A DNA stretch of 42,420 nucleotides from Candidatus Omnitrophota bacterium (GTDB lineage Bacteria; Omnitrophota; Gorgyraeia; JABMRN01): assembly GCA_028702395.1 (NCBI GenBank), contig JAQVOV010000002.1, forward strand, positions 27,213 to 69,632, given 5' to 3'. Made by a program: the position numbers and the translations under genes. The notes below the pieces were generated by a model. It saw only the letters and a list, made by a program, of their open reading frames with translations. It was not told the origin of the DNA and did no database searches. How positions within the stretch are numbered: position 1 is the stretch's first letter; each line of letters opens with the position of its first letter. Positions 8,367-17,869 of this stretch are shown here, one piece after another.

Positions 8367-9173
8367 CTACTTTCTCGGTCCAAGCACAGGATCTTCAAAC
8401 CTAAGATCAATATATTCAAGTCCTTTAACATCAATATTCTTATCTTGTAAGATAAATTGAAGTTTCTTTATTTTTTCAGAAAAATCTTGTTGCCCCATTC
8501 GTATTTCAATAGGTCCATTCAGTTGAACAATGAGATTTTTGGGATTAGAAACATCTATGCTTTTTATGCCATGTTTTTTTATTTCAGGCACGTTATAAAA
8601 TATCGATAATACACTTTTTGCAAGTTCAACTCTATCTGAAGATATTTTTTCTCCAATAGAAGGTTTTGTCCATATTTTAAAACCTGTTATAAGCGGTAGA
8701 TCTGACATAGTTGCTTGATCATATACAAGAACAGTTGAATCATTATCAATAGCATATTGCCCAAAAGCATTTATTGATGCAAGCGGCACACGTTGATCAA
8801 CCATAAGTTCTATCCTATCAGGTAAAACTCTTTTAACAACAATATTCTTTATTTGAGGATAATTCTTGTTAAGCTGATATTCTAACCACTTAATATTCAC
8901 TTTGAAAATGTTCTCTCCTTTAATATTCTCAGTTTCTTTGATCGTCTTCAAAAAGCTGATATCCCTGCTTTGTCCTGTATTGTTTACAATAACAATACTT
9001 TTGACCCGAAAATACTTTATTCTCATAATATAATTTCTAAGGGCAAATCCCAAAACAAGTAGGATCAATAAAACAAGCAAAAAAGGGAAACATTTCTTGA
9101 ACACTGTTTTGATCACTTCTATTATTTTATCTTTTTTTTCTGAAAACACGTTACGTTTTCTTTTCCTAGCCAT
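8367..9173 (-). CDS. ftsQ: cell division protein FtsQ
   Basis: 268 aa with a basic N-terminus, one TM helix and a POTRA-like region. It sits between ddl and ftsA. Confidence 0.8.
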   Translation of the reverse strand: MARKRKRNVFSEKKDKIIEVIKTVFKKCFPFLLVLLILLVLGFALRNYIMRIKYFRVKSIVIVNNTGQSRDISFLKTIKETENIKGENIFKVNIKWLEYQLNKNYPQIKNIVVKRVLPDRIELMVDQRVPLASINAFGQYAIDNDSTVLVYDQATMSDLPLITGFKIWTKPSIGEKISSDRVELAKSVLSIFYNVPEIKKHGIKSIDVSNPKNLIVQLNGPIEIRMGQQDFSEKIKKLQFILQDKNIDVKGLEYIDLRFEDPVLGPRK

Positions 9174-9309
9174 TGTTACTCCTTTATAGCGATTTTAGCT
9201 GTCAGCTATCAGCGTTCAGCTATCAGCAAAGGATCTTTCTAGAATCATTTTTTAGATCCCCTCTTTTAGGACGTTCCACAAGCTGACAGCTGAAAGCTAA
9301 TGGCTGATG
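9174..9309 (-). repeat. intercistronic hairpin element (AGCTNTC-word arms)
   Basis: Arm TAGCTGTCAGCTATCAGCGTTCAGCTATCAGC (9196-9227) faces arm AAGCTGACAGCTGAAAGCTAATGGCTGATG (9280-9309). Box AGGACGTTCCAC at 9268-9279. Confidence 0.8.
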
Positions 9310-10260
9310 TTAACCGATCTCATCGTCCTGTCCATAGCGCACTTTTTTAAATACCGCAAGCTCAAGTATCTGTTCACATAGTTCGTCAAAAGATATCCCA
9401 AAAACTTTTGCTGCTTTAGGCAACAAAGACCTTTCAGTAAGTCCCGGGATCGTATTAACCTCAAGAACATATATTTTACCTTGATGATCCATCCTCATAT
9501 CAACTCGCGAAAAGTCCTCACAACCCAAGGTATTATGGGTCAATAATGCAATATCACTGATCTCCTGTTTTTTTTCATCTGATAATTCTGCAGGACAAAT
9601 ATATTCTGTTTGTTTATCTATGTATTTTGCATTAAAATCATACACATTGTCCTTAGCAATGATCTCAACAACAGGCAAGACAGATTTCCCTAGGATACCA
9701 ACTGTTAATTCTTTTCCGTCTATGAATTCCTCAAAAATTATCGTATTTCCATACTGAAAAGCCTTATTCATAGCTGTTTTTATATCTTTTTTATCAATTA
9801 CAATACTTAATCCAAAACTAGATCCTTCAGTAGCAGGTTTTATTACAACAGGTAAACCGAATTCATACGAATCAATATTAAAATATTGTTCTTTGTTTAC
9901 GATCATATACGGAGGAACTAGAATATTATTATCACTAAGGATCTTCTTTGTTAATTCCTTATCCATACAAACTTTTGAAGATAAAGGCCCTGATCCTGTA
10001 AAAGCTATACCATATTCAGATAAAAACTGCTGTATTGTACCATTTTCACCTTCTTTACCATGTAAAGCAATAAAAGCAATATCAATATTCTCATTTAGTA
10101 TCTGCTGCGGCATATTCTGTGTTACATCAATAAATACAACATTAAAACCTTTTCTTTGGAGTGCTTTGAATACAGCAGTTCCAGATACAAGGCTTATCTC
10201 TCTTTCGGAAGAAGTTCCTCCTGCAATAACACCAATTTTAAATTCGTGAAGCGTTTTCAT
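9310..10260 (-). CDS. ddl: D-alanine--D-alanine ligase
   Basis: 316-aa ATP-grasp protein with typical Ddl N-terminus (GGTSSEREISLVSG) and C-terminus (EVNTIPGLTERSLLPKAA). Confidence 0.95.
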   Translation of the reverse strand: MKTLHEFKIGVIAGGTSSEREISLVSGTAVFKALQRKGFNVVFIDVTQNMPQQILNENIDIAFIALHGKEGENGTIQQFLSEYGIAFTGSGPLSSKVCMDKELTKKILSDNNILVPPYMIVNKEQYFNIDSYEFGLPVVIKPATEGSSFGLSIVIDKKDIKTAMNKAFQYGNTIIFEEFIDGKELTVGILGKSVLPVVEIIAKDNVYDFNAKYIDKQTEYICPAELSDEKKQEISDIALLTHNTLGCEDFSRVDMRMDHQGKIYVLEVNTIPGLTERSLLPKAAKVFGISFDELCEQILELAVFKKVRYGQDDEIG

Positions 10261-11135
10261 ACTATTATTATCTCCATCTCAAGTTCTATATTTTTATTTT
10301 TTTTCACTACTTCCTTTATCTTTTTTATAAGAAACAATACATCTTCAAAACTTGCATTGTTCTGATTCACAATGAAGTTTGCGTGTTTACTTGAAACTTC
10401 AGCCCCTCCTTTAGTAAATCCCTTCAACCCACATTCGTCTATTATCTTTCCTGCAGAGATCCCCTGAAGATCAGGGTTTTTAAATACACACCCTGCAGAA
10501 TTCTTATCTATCGGCTGAATATCTTTTTTGTTTTCCAGTATCTTTTTATACTGACACATTACATTTTCAGGAAGATCTTTTTCCAATTCAAATTCAACCT
10601 GCAAAATTATATTATTCTTAAGCCCTGAACTTCTATATACAGGGTTCAACTGCTTTTTTGTAACTTCAAACAGATTTCCTTCCATATCCATTAGAATGAC
10701 TTTCTTGATAAATGAGCATATCCACTTATCGGAGCCTGCATTCATATAAACAGCTCCACCAACAGTAGCAGGTATCCCTGCAAAAATTTCCAAACCTTTC
10801 AATCCTTTTGCTGCAGAAAAAAGTATCGTTTGTGAAAGGCTCATCCCTGCTCCAACAGTTAGAACATTATCTTTTTCAAAGATATTAGAAAAATCTTTTC
10901 CTGTCAATTTGATCACAACTAGATCATGCTCATCACTTTTAAAAAGAATGTTACTGCCTGCTCCCAGAACAAAGACCTCTTTTTGTTCTTCTTTACATAT
11001 TTTAATGACGGTTTTAAGGTCTTCGATATCTTCACATAATACAAGGTTCTTTACTTTTCCTCCTATCTTAAAAGTAGTGTAAGGCCCTATTTCTATGTTA
11101 GAAAAAGCTTTTCCTTTAATGTTATCGAAGTTCAT
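10257..11135 (-). CDS. murB: UDP-N-acetylenolpyruvoylglucosamine reductase
   Basis: 292 aa with an FAD-binding region (GAGSNIL) and MurB C-terminal domain. It overlaps ddl by 4 nt. Confidence 0.95.
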   Translation of the reverse strand: MNFDNIKGKAFSNIEIGPYTTFKIGGKVKNLVLCEDIEDLKTVIKICKEEQKEVFVLGAGSNILFKSDEHDLVVIKLTGKDFSNIFEKDNVLTVGAGMSLSQTILFSAAKGLKGLEIFAGIPATVGGAVYMNAGSDKWICSFIKKVILMDMEGNLFEVTKKQLNPVYRSSGLKNNIILQVEFELEKDLPENVMCQYKKILENKKDIQPIDKNSAGCVFKNPDLQGISAGKIIDECGLKGFTKGGAEVSSKHANFIVNQNNASFEDVLFLIKKIKEVVKKNKNIELEMEIIIV

Positions 11136-12516
11136 ATTTTTGATCCAGTTTCCTTACAAGCTCAGGAATTATTTCATTCACATCACCGGCCCCTAAAATA
11201 AGAACAATATCTCCAACGTTGATCTCTTTGAACAAAGTCATGACAATATCTGCCTTAGGAACAATGTAGGCCTCTTTTATTCCTTTTTCTTTGACCCCAA
11301 AACATATATTGCAAAGGCCTATCCCATCTAGCGGATCTTCGCTTGCAGCATATATATCCGTAAGTATTAATTTATCAACCCCTGAAAAACATTCACAAAA
11401 CTCTTGTTCAAGATGCATTGTTCTGGAAAACCTGTGCGGCTGAAAAACCACTATTATACGGTTCTTTTTCAACAATTTTGCAACACTTATTATTTTTGAT
11501 ATTTCAGTAGGATGATGTGCATAGTCTTCTACTATTACAACCTCATTTGCGCTATATTTGACCTCAAATCTACGTTTAACATTTTTGAAATCCTTGATTA
11601 TTCCCGCAATATCCGAAAATGACATCCCCATCTTCTTTGCAACAGCAATTGAAGCAAGTGCATTATACACATTGTGTTCACCTAAAACCCCTAGAGAGCA
11701 TTTCCCTAATTCCTGTCCGTTAAAAAAGCAGGAAAACCGCATCCCGACATCTTCTGGTTTAACATTAATGGCAAAGATATCTGCTTTAGAAGAAAAGCCG
11801 AAACTTATCTTTTCACCTTTATACGATCGGCTAAGGTCACGTAATATCTCATCATCATAATTATAGAACAAAACCCCATCTTCTTTTGTGTTCTTTATAA
11901 AACTGTTAAAAGCATCCGTTAAATTATCCATTGTTTTATAATATTCCATGTGATCTTTTTCAATATTAGTTATAACAGAATATTTAACTGCCATATCCCT
12001 TATGAATCCGTCACTCTCATCCATTTCAGAAACAATGATCTCACTTCTGCCTTTTTTGGCATTTGATCCAAGAAAATCCATTTCACCTCCAACTAAGATC
12101 GTAGGATCAAACCCGCCCTTTTCCAGTAAAAATGATATCATAGCAGAAGTTGTTGTTTTTCCATGTGTTCCTGCTATGGAAATAGATACTTTCCTTGAAT
12201 CTATGATACGTTTAAGGAATTCCGATCTGAAAATAATAGGGATATTTCTTTCATGTGCTTCTTTTATATCTGAATTATTATTGCGGATATTAAAGGCTCT
12301 TACAACAAGATCAGGTTCATTAATGATACCTTTATGACCAATATTTATTTTAGCCCCTTTTTTTATTAACCTTTGAATAAGAGGATTATCTTTAATGTCA
12401 GACCCTGTTATCATTATTCCACTTTCTATTAGAAGCTCTGCGATCCCACTCATACCAATACCGCCTATACCTACCATATGTATATGTTTTTCTTTAATAT
12501 CAAAAGTATCAGCCAT
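11122..12516 (-). CDS. murC: UDP-N-acetylmuramate--L-alanine ligase
   Basis: 464 aa with N-terminal GIGGIGMSGIAE and the Mur ligase P-loop GTHGKTTT. Confidence 0.95.
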   Translation of the reverse strand: MADTFDIKEKHIHMVGIGGIGMSGIAELLIESGIMITGSDIKDNPLIQRLIKKGAKINIGHKGIINEPDLVVRAFNIRNNNSDIKEAHERNIPIIFRSEFLKRIIDSRKVSISIAGTHGKTTTSAMISFLLEKGGFDPTILVGGEMDFLGSNAKKGRSEIIVSEMDESDGFIRDMAVKYSVITNIEKDHMEYYKTMDNLTDAFNSFIKNTKEDGVLFYNYDDEILRDLSRSYKGEKISFGFSSKADIFAINVKPEDVGMRFSCFFNGQELGKCSLGVLGEHNVYNALASIAVAKKMGMSFSDIAGIIKDFKNVKRRFEVKYSANEVVIVEDYAHHPTEISKIISVAKLLKKNRIIVVFQPHRFSRTMHLEQEFCECFSGVDKLILTDIYAASEDPLDGIGLCNICFGVKEKGIKEAYIVPKADIVMTLFKEINVGDIVLILGAGDVNEIIPELVRKLDQKYELR

Positions 12517-12518
12517 TA

Positions 12519-13610
12519 TTACCTCTTCAAAATGTCTATAATAACTTCACTTAGTTTTTGTGAAGCATTCAGTTCAACTATATTTCTGGCATTTTCAATA
12601 AACTCTTCCCTTATATGTCTATTTTTGACCCACTCACTTACAATATTCTTTATTTGCCCCTGAGACATATTCTTTTCTTCAAGAAGAACTGCTGCCTTTT
12701 TATCAGCAAAGAACTTAGCATTCAAAATTTGAGAATTCTTTTCATTAGGATACGGAATAAGGATCATTGGTATCCCATAAAAAGCTAACTCAAAAACAGC
12801 AGATGCCCCAGCACGTGAAATAGCAATATCCACTATTTTATATATATTATTGATATTTTCAACGTAATTATAAACTTTTGCAATTATATTATGTTGTAAA
12901 TACGTATTTTGGACATATTCAACATCTTTATCACCTGCAATATGGATGATCTCTAATTTTGCTTTTATACTGTCCTCTATTAAACTCAGATCATTAACAA
13001 CGATCTTATTCATAGAGGTAGCTCCCTGACTTCCGCCAATAACAAGTAATTTAACAGTTTTTTGTTCATTTGACAACACTTTTAGTAGATCTTCTTTTTT
13101 ATCAGAGAGTATCTCAGGTCTGATAGGATTTCCTGTTATACATATCTTTTCTTTTAGTGCGCTATCTATCTTTGACGGGAAACTCAAAGCTATTTTATCA
13201 ACATATTTGGATAATATCTGATTAGCTCTGCCTAATACAATATTTTGTTCATGAATAACTGTTTTTATGTGAAACACCTTTGCTAAAAAAACAACAGCCC
13301 CTGTCACATATCCGCCGAAGCCAACAACAACATTTGGTTTTTCCCTGATCAAAATAAAAAAAGAAATTAAAACATCTGATACAAATTTAAACATAAAAGA
13401 AAACATTTTCAATGAAAACTTATATGGCATAGGATTCGCTGAAAGATAATATTTTTTATAGTTAGTATCTTTCAAAAGTTTTTTATCGATCCTTCTTTTA
13501 CTTGCAACAAAAACGACTTCCCAACCTTTTTTTATCATTGTTTGGGCTGTTGAAACTGCAGGGAAAATATGTCCACCGCTTCCACCTGCAACTATTAATA
13601 CTTTGTTCAT
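12519..13610 (-). CDS. murG: UDP-N-acetylglucosamine--N-acetylmuramyl-(pentapeptide) pyrophosphoryl-undecaprenol GlcNAc transferase
   Basis: 363 aa with the N-terminal GGSGGHIFPA motif and GT28 fold pattern. Confidence 0.95.
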   Translation of the reverse strand: MNKVLIVAGGSGGHIFPAVSTAQTMIKKGWEVVFVASKRRIDKKLLKDTNYKKYYLSANPMPYKFSLKMFSFMFKFVSDVLISFFILIREKPNVVVGFGGYVTGAVVFLAKVFHIKTVIHEQNIVLGRANQILSKYVDKIALSFPSKIDSALKEKICITGNPIRPEILSDKKEDLLKVLSNEQKTVKLLVIGGSQGATSMNKIVVNDLSLIEDSIKAKLEIIHIAGDKDVEYVQNTYLQHNIIAKVYNYVENINNIYKIVDIAISRAGASAVFELAFYGIPMILIPYPNEKNSQILNAKFFADKKAAVLLEEKNMSQGQIKNIVSEWVKNRHIREEFIENARNIVELNASQKLSEVIIDILKR

Positions 13611-13763
13611 GATTCTCCTAAAAAATATACTTTGTTATTAGTTATTTGTTATTAGTGTGAGTGGTGGATCGTCCTAAATACAGTTTTCAAACAAACCCTA
13701 TGAAGAGCCTTCTTTCACACACACTAATAACACACACTAATAACTAACTCCAATTAACTCGCT
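13611..13763 (+). repeat. intercistronic hairpin element (TTGTTAT/TAGTGTG-word arms), opposite orientation to the others
   Basis: Arms at 13631-13663 and 13726-13750. Here the box GTGGATCGTCCTAAATA (13664-13680) reads on the plus strand. Confidence 0.75.
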
Positions 13764-14843
13764 CTAATCTCTGGTTGCGTTCAGCAGCAACCCGATCGCT
13801 ATCATATGCACGATCAAAGAAGTTCCCCCATAACTGACAAATGGCAAAGGAAGTCCTTTTGTAGGGAACAGTCCTACTGAAACACCAACATTGACTATGA
13901 CCTCAAAAGCTATCATAAAAACAATTCCGAAAACAAGCATTTTCCTGAACGTATCATTTATTTTAAAAGCAGCTCTTGTTCCCTGCCAAACAAGTGCAAA
14001 AAATAATATGATCAAAGCAGTAACACCTATAAACCCCAATTCTTCTCCAATAATTGACAAAATAAAATCTGTATGTGACGCTGGTAAAAAGAAAAGTTTT
14101 TGTTTTGATTGTCCTAATCCTACTCCCAAAAGACCGCCTGAACCAAGTGCAATATATGATTGTACTATTTGAAAACCTGTGTCTCTTTCGTCTAACCACG
14201 GATTAATAAAAGCCATTATCCTTTTACGTCTGTATGGAACAGAAAAAATAAGATAATAGATGAAAGGTACAGTTGAAAGGATCGTAACAGCAATATGTTT
14301 AAAATTCGCACCCCCTATAAAGAGCATTAAGAACATCATAAACCCTATAGTCATAGTAGTTCCAAGGTCAGGTTCCAAAAGAACAAGACCCATGATGGTA
14401 CCGCAAACTACAAGAACAGGCAGATATCCTCTGAAAAGATTTATCATGCGGGATTCATTTTTATCTACAAAGTACGCAAGATATATAAGAACCGACAGTT
14501 TAGCCAGTTCTGATGGTTGAACATTGAAAAAAATAAAACTTATCCACCTGCTTGCACCACCTGCAGTGTGTCCTATTCCTGGAATAAGAGCGCATACCAG
14601 TAACCCTATTGTTGTTAAAATAATAAGTTTAGCATGTTTTTTTAAAATATCACAATCAATGGACATAAAAAACAATGCCGCTATCACGCCTATGATCAGA
14701 TTTAAAAGATGCCGTTTAAAATAATAAAGACTATCCCCGAATAACTGCGAAGCATAAATAGCGCTTGAACTGTATACCATTACAAGCCCGAACATAAGCA
14801 GGATAAAAACCGTTGAAACGATCGATATGCGTAAACTTGACAT
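13764..14843 (-). CDS. ftsW: SEDS-family peptidoglycan polymerase FtsW
   Basis: 359-aa polytopic membrane protein of the FtsW/RodA family, in the dcw position for ftsW. Confidence 0.9.
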   Translation of the reverse strand: MSSLRISIVSTVFILLMFGLVMVYSSSAIYASQLFGDSLYYFKRHLLNLIIGVIAALFFMSIDCDILKKHAKLIILTTIGLLVCALIPGIGHTAGGASRWISFIFFNVQPSELAKLSVLIYLAYFVDKNESRMINLFRGYLPVLVVCGTIMGLVLLEPDLGTTMTIGFMMFLMLFIGGANFKHIAVTILSTVPFIYYLIFSVPYRRKRIMAFINPWLDERDTGFQIVQSYIALGSGGLLGVGLGQSKQKLFFLPASHTDFILSIIGEELGFIGVTALIILFFALVWQGTRAAFKINDTFRKMLVFGIVFMIAFEVIVNVGVSVGLFPTKGLPLPFVSYGGTSLIVHMIAIGLLLNATRD

Positions 14844-15085
14844 ATTATTTCCTTTATATGACTTTTAAGTAAAAAGTAAAAAGTTAAAAGTTAAAAGTTA
14901 AAAATCTGTTATCATTGTAGAATCTTATGTTAGGCTCATTTTTAGTGTCTGTGTCTGTTTCTGTGTCTGGAAAGGAACATCCTAAATATAGTTTTTTTAC
15001 ATCTTTTAGAAGGATCCACCACTGACACAAACACAAACACTGACACTAATTACTTTTACCTTTTTCCTTTTTCCTTAATCTTCTA
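14844..15085 (-). repeat. nested composite element: GTGTCT-word element inside a GTAAAAA-word element
   Basis: Outer arms at 14865-14904 and 15050-15076. CATTGTAGAATCTT box at 14905-14926. Inner arms at 14942-14970 and 15020-15049 enclose GGAACATCCTAAATATAG...AGAAGGATCCAC. Confidence 0.8.
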
Positions 15086-16444
15086 TTAACTGAATCTCTC
15101 TTTAACGATCCGCTGAAACACCTCGCCTCTATGTTTATAACTTGTGAACATGTCAAAGCTTGAACACATAGGAGACAAAAGTATCACTTGATCCTTTTGG
15201 GCAATTTTGATAGCCCTATCTATCGCATCTTCCATTGACCCTGCCTTTTCAACAGGAACATTTTTTTTATCCATTACATCAAAAATTTTATCTGCAGCTT
15301 CTCCTATAAGAATTATTTTGTAGACCTTTTCTTTTATTTCAGGTAAAACACTTAAATAATCTCCTCCTTTATCTCTGCCGCCTGCGATCAAAATGATCTT
15401 CTTATCCAAAGACTGTATAGCTCTTTTTGTTGCATCAACATTAGTTGCTTTTGAATCATCCATGAATACGATCCCGTCCTTTTCATAAAATTTTTCGAGT
15501 CTATGGGCTAATGGTTGAAAATCTTCAATAGCACTGATAACAGCTTCAATATTAACTCCGGCAGATATAGCCATAAAAGAAGAGGCGCAAATATTTTCCA
15601 GATTATATTTCCCTTTTAATTTTGTTTTTGGAATATCAAAAAGTTTTTTTACATCATCATCTATCTTTGAATACATGACATTGTTCAATACAAACGCGCC
15701 TTCAACTTCTTCTGTTACACTATAAAAGAACTTTTTTCCTCTGCCTGGTATTATAAGGTCTTTTGAAGCTTTATCATCATGATTTATCAACGCAATATCA
15801 GATTCGATCTGATTTTCAAAAAGTCTGGCCTTCGTATCAGCATAATCATCAAACGAAGTATAACGCTCTAAATGATCATCCGTAACATTCAATATACATC
15901 CTATATTAACTTTAAGATCCACTATTTTTTCCAATTGAAAAGAGCTTATCTCCAATATAACAAATGTATCATCATCAATATTATCTATCTCTCCCGAAAA
16001 AGAGTTTCCTATATTACCGCAAACAATATACTTTTTTGAATCTTTTTCAAACATCTTTCCTAATAAGGTAACTACTGTCGATTTACCGTTAGTACCTGTC
16101 ACAGCAATTATTTTTCCTTTACAAAAATTATATGCAAATTCTATTTCACTTATTATAGGAATGCTGTTGGCGAAAGCATATTTAACAGGAAGACTGTTGT
16201 TATCCACCCCAGGACTAAGTACGATTATATCTGTGCCTGAAAGAAACTCTTCTGTATGCTGGCCGAATTCAACTTCAATAAAATTTTCCTTTAAAACATC
16301 AATATCCTGTGTGATCTTTTCTTCTGAACAACTATCAGTAACAGCCGCTATTGCGCCATGTTTGTGTGCCAGAATAGCAGCATCAAACCCGCTTCTGCCT
16401 AAACCTACAACAACTATTCGTTTGTTTCGTATATCCATCTTCAC
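15086..16444 (-). CDS. murD: UDP-N-acetylmuramoylalanine--D-glutamate ligase
   Basis: 452 aa with N-terminal GLGRSG and the Mur ligase P-loop GTNGKST. Confidence 0.95.
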   Translation of the reverse strand: MKMDIRNKRIVVVGLGRSGFDAAILAHKHGAIAAVTDSCSEEKITQDIDVLKENFIEVEFGQHTEEFLSGTDIIVLSPGVDNNSLPVKYAFANSIPIISEIEFAYNFCKGKIIAVTGTNGKSTVVTLLGKMFEKDSKKYIVCGNIGNSFSGEIDNIDDDTFVILEISSFQLEKIVDLKVNIGCILNVTDDHLERYTSFDDYADTKARLFENQIESDIALINHDDKASKDLIIPGRGKKFFYSVTEEVEGAFVLNNVMYSKIDDDVKKLFDIPKTKLKGKYNLENICASSFMAISAGVNIEAVISAIEDFQPLAHRLEKFYEKDGIVFMDDSKATNVDATKRAIQSLDKKIILIAGGRDKGGDYLSVLPEIKEKVYKIILIGEAADKIFDVMDKKNVPVEKAGSMEDAIDRAIKIAQKDQVILLSPMCSSFDMFTSYKHRGEVFQRIVKERFS

Positions 16445-16648
16445 CTCTAATGGGATTCAAGGTAAAAGTAAAAAATCTGTTACCATTGTGGAATCTTCTT
16501 GGATTTCTTTGTAGGGGCGTATTGCAATACGCCCCTACAAAAACCTCTTTCAGAACTTTCCACATTTTTTGTTCTTAACTAAATTTAGGACGCTCCATCC
16601 TTTTACCTTTTACCTTTTTACTTTTTCCTTATAAGTCTTATTACTCGC
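16445..16648 (-). repeat. composite intercistronic hairpin element (GGTAAAA-word arms)
   Basis: Arms at 16459-16475 and 16599-16628. Box TCTGTTACCATTGTGGAATCTT at 16476-16497. A GC hairpin at 16511-16538 is identical to 8231-8258. Further boxes at 16551-16565 and 16587-16598. Confidence 0.8.
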
Positions 16649-17740
16649 TTAACGCATCTTTAAGCTTGCTAATGACAGTAACACTAAAATTATTGCAATT
16701 ATCCAAAACCTTATTATAACCTTTGATTCATGCCATCCCTGAAGCTGGAAATGATGATGTATTGGCGCCATTCTAAAAACTCTTTTTCCTTTACGCAGTT
16801 TACAAGACGCAACTTGAATGATCACTGAGAGAGCTTCAGCAACAAATATACCACCAACAAAAAACAGTAAAAGTTCTTTTTTTATCAATACACTGATTAT
16901 TCCTATTACACCGCCTAAAGATAATGAACCTGTATCACCCATAAAAACACTTGCAGGATGACAATTGAACCATAAAAACCCAAGACCAGCCCCAACTATT
17001 GAAGAGCACAAGACAGTAAGTTCCCCGCTACCAAACAAATAATATACATTTAAATACTCGCTCATGTTAATATTTCCTGTAATATAGCTTATTATTGCAA
17101 AAGCCAATGCTACAATTGTCACACATCCGATAGCAAGTCCATCAAGTCCATCAGTAAGATTCACAGCATTGCTTGATCCTACGATCACAAGAACCACAAA
17201 TAGAATGTAAAAAATTCCCAAATTTAAAACAGCATTTTTAAAAAAAGGGAAATATAATGTCGAAGACATCTGCGGATCATTATAAAGATAAAGCCCTATC
17301 AAAAAGGCAATAATGACCTGCCCTAAAAACTTTGCACGACTTTTTAATCCTTTATTATGCTGATTTGATATTTTTAAAAAATCATCAATGAACCCTACTA
17401 ATCCTAGCCACAATATGCCTACAAGACCTATAATGATGAATTTATTATCCAGTCTTGCCCATATAAGTGTAGAGCCCACAACTGCAAGGAGTATCAATAT
17501 CCCTCCCATTGTAGGCGTACCTTCTTTATGAACATGTAACTTATGAAGTTCCTGAACATGATCTTTTCTAATAATTTGACCGAAATTCATTTTTGCAAGC
17601 CATCTTATAATAATGGGTCCCAAAATAACACTTATTAGAAAAGCTGTAAAACTAGCCATAGCTGCGCGGAAAGTTATATATTTAAAAAGATTGAACCCGA
17701 ACCAAACATCTTTTAATGGGTAAAGAAAATAATATAGCAT
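16649..17740 (-). CDS. mraY: phospho-N-acetylmuramoyl-pentapeptide-transferase
   Basis: 363-aa polytopic protein with MraY motifs (NAVNLTDGLDGLA, HHHFQL). Confidence 0.95.
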   Translation of the reverse strand: MLYYFLYPLKDVWFGFNLFKYITFRAAMASFTAFLISVILGPIIIRWLAKMNFGQIIRKDHVQELHKLHVHKEGTPTMGGILILLAVVGSTLIWARLDNKFIIIGLVGILWLGLVGFIDDFLKISNQHNKGLKSRAKFLGQVIIAFLIGLYLYNDPQMSSTLYFPFFKNAVLNLGIFYILFVVLVIVGSSNAVNLTDGLDGLAIGCVTIVALAFAIISYITGNINMSEYLNVYYLFGSGELTVLCSSIVGAGLGFLWFNCHPASVFMGDTGSLSLGGVIGIISVLIKKELLLFFVGGIFVAEALSVIIQVASCKLRKGKRVFRMAPIHHHFQLQGWHESKVIIRFWIIAIILVLLSLASLKMR

Positions 17741-17869
17741 TAGACTCCTTTATAGCAACTTTAGCTTTCAGCTTTCAGCAAAAAGATCGGTTTAACAAAA
17801 AGTTTCTTTAAAAAACTCATTTAGGATCTTCCTCTGGCTGAGAGCTGACAGCTGAAGGCTGAAGGCTGC
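17741..17869 (-). repeat. intercistronic hairpin element (AGCTTTC/GCTGAAG-word arms) overlapping the murF 3' end
   Basis: Arm at 17760-17779 faces arm at 17835-17869. Box AGGATCTTCCTC at 17823-17834. The right arm and the box lie inside the murF reading frame. Confidence 0.75.

Noticed and set aside
9893-10249. Plus-strand ORFs of 60-118 aa inside dcw and other minus-strand genes (for example 9893-10249, 16161-16514, 12002-12337, 5314-5649, 29983-30327).
   Set aside because: They are antisense to well-supported genes, typical of chance ORFs in AT-rich DNA, and have no SD or recognisable motifs.
16383-16565. 60-aa minus-strand ORF (…FVGAYCNTPLQRN…).
   Set aside because: It is a read-through translation of the GTAGGGGC...GCCCCTAC hairpin and neighbouring boxes inside the murD/mraY element. 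The same reasoning rejects the ORFs at 3950-4186, 3993-4229 and 37005-37196, which lie in repeat elements.
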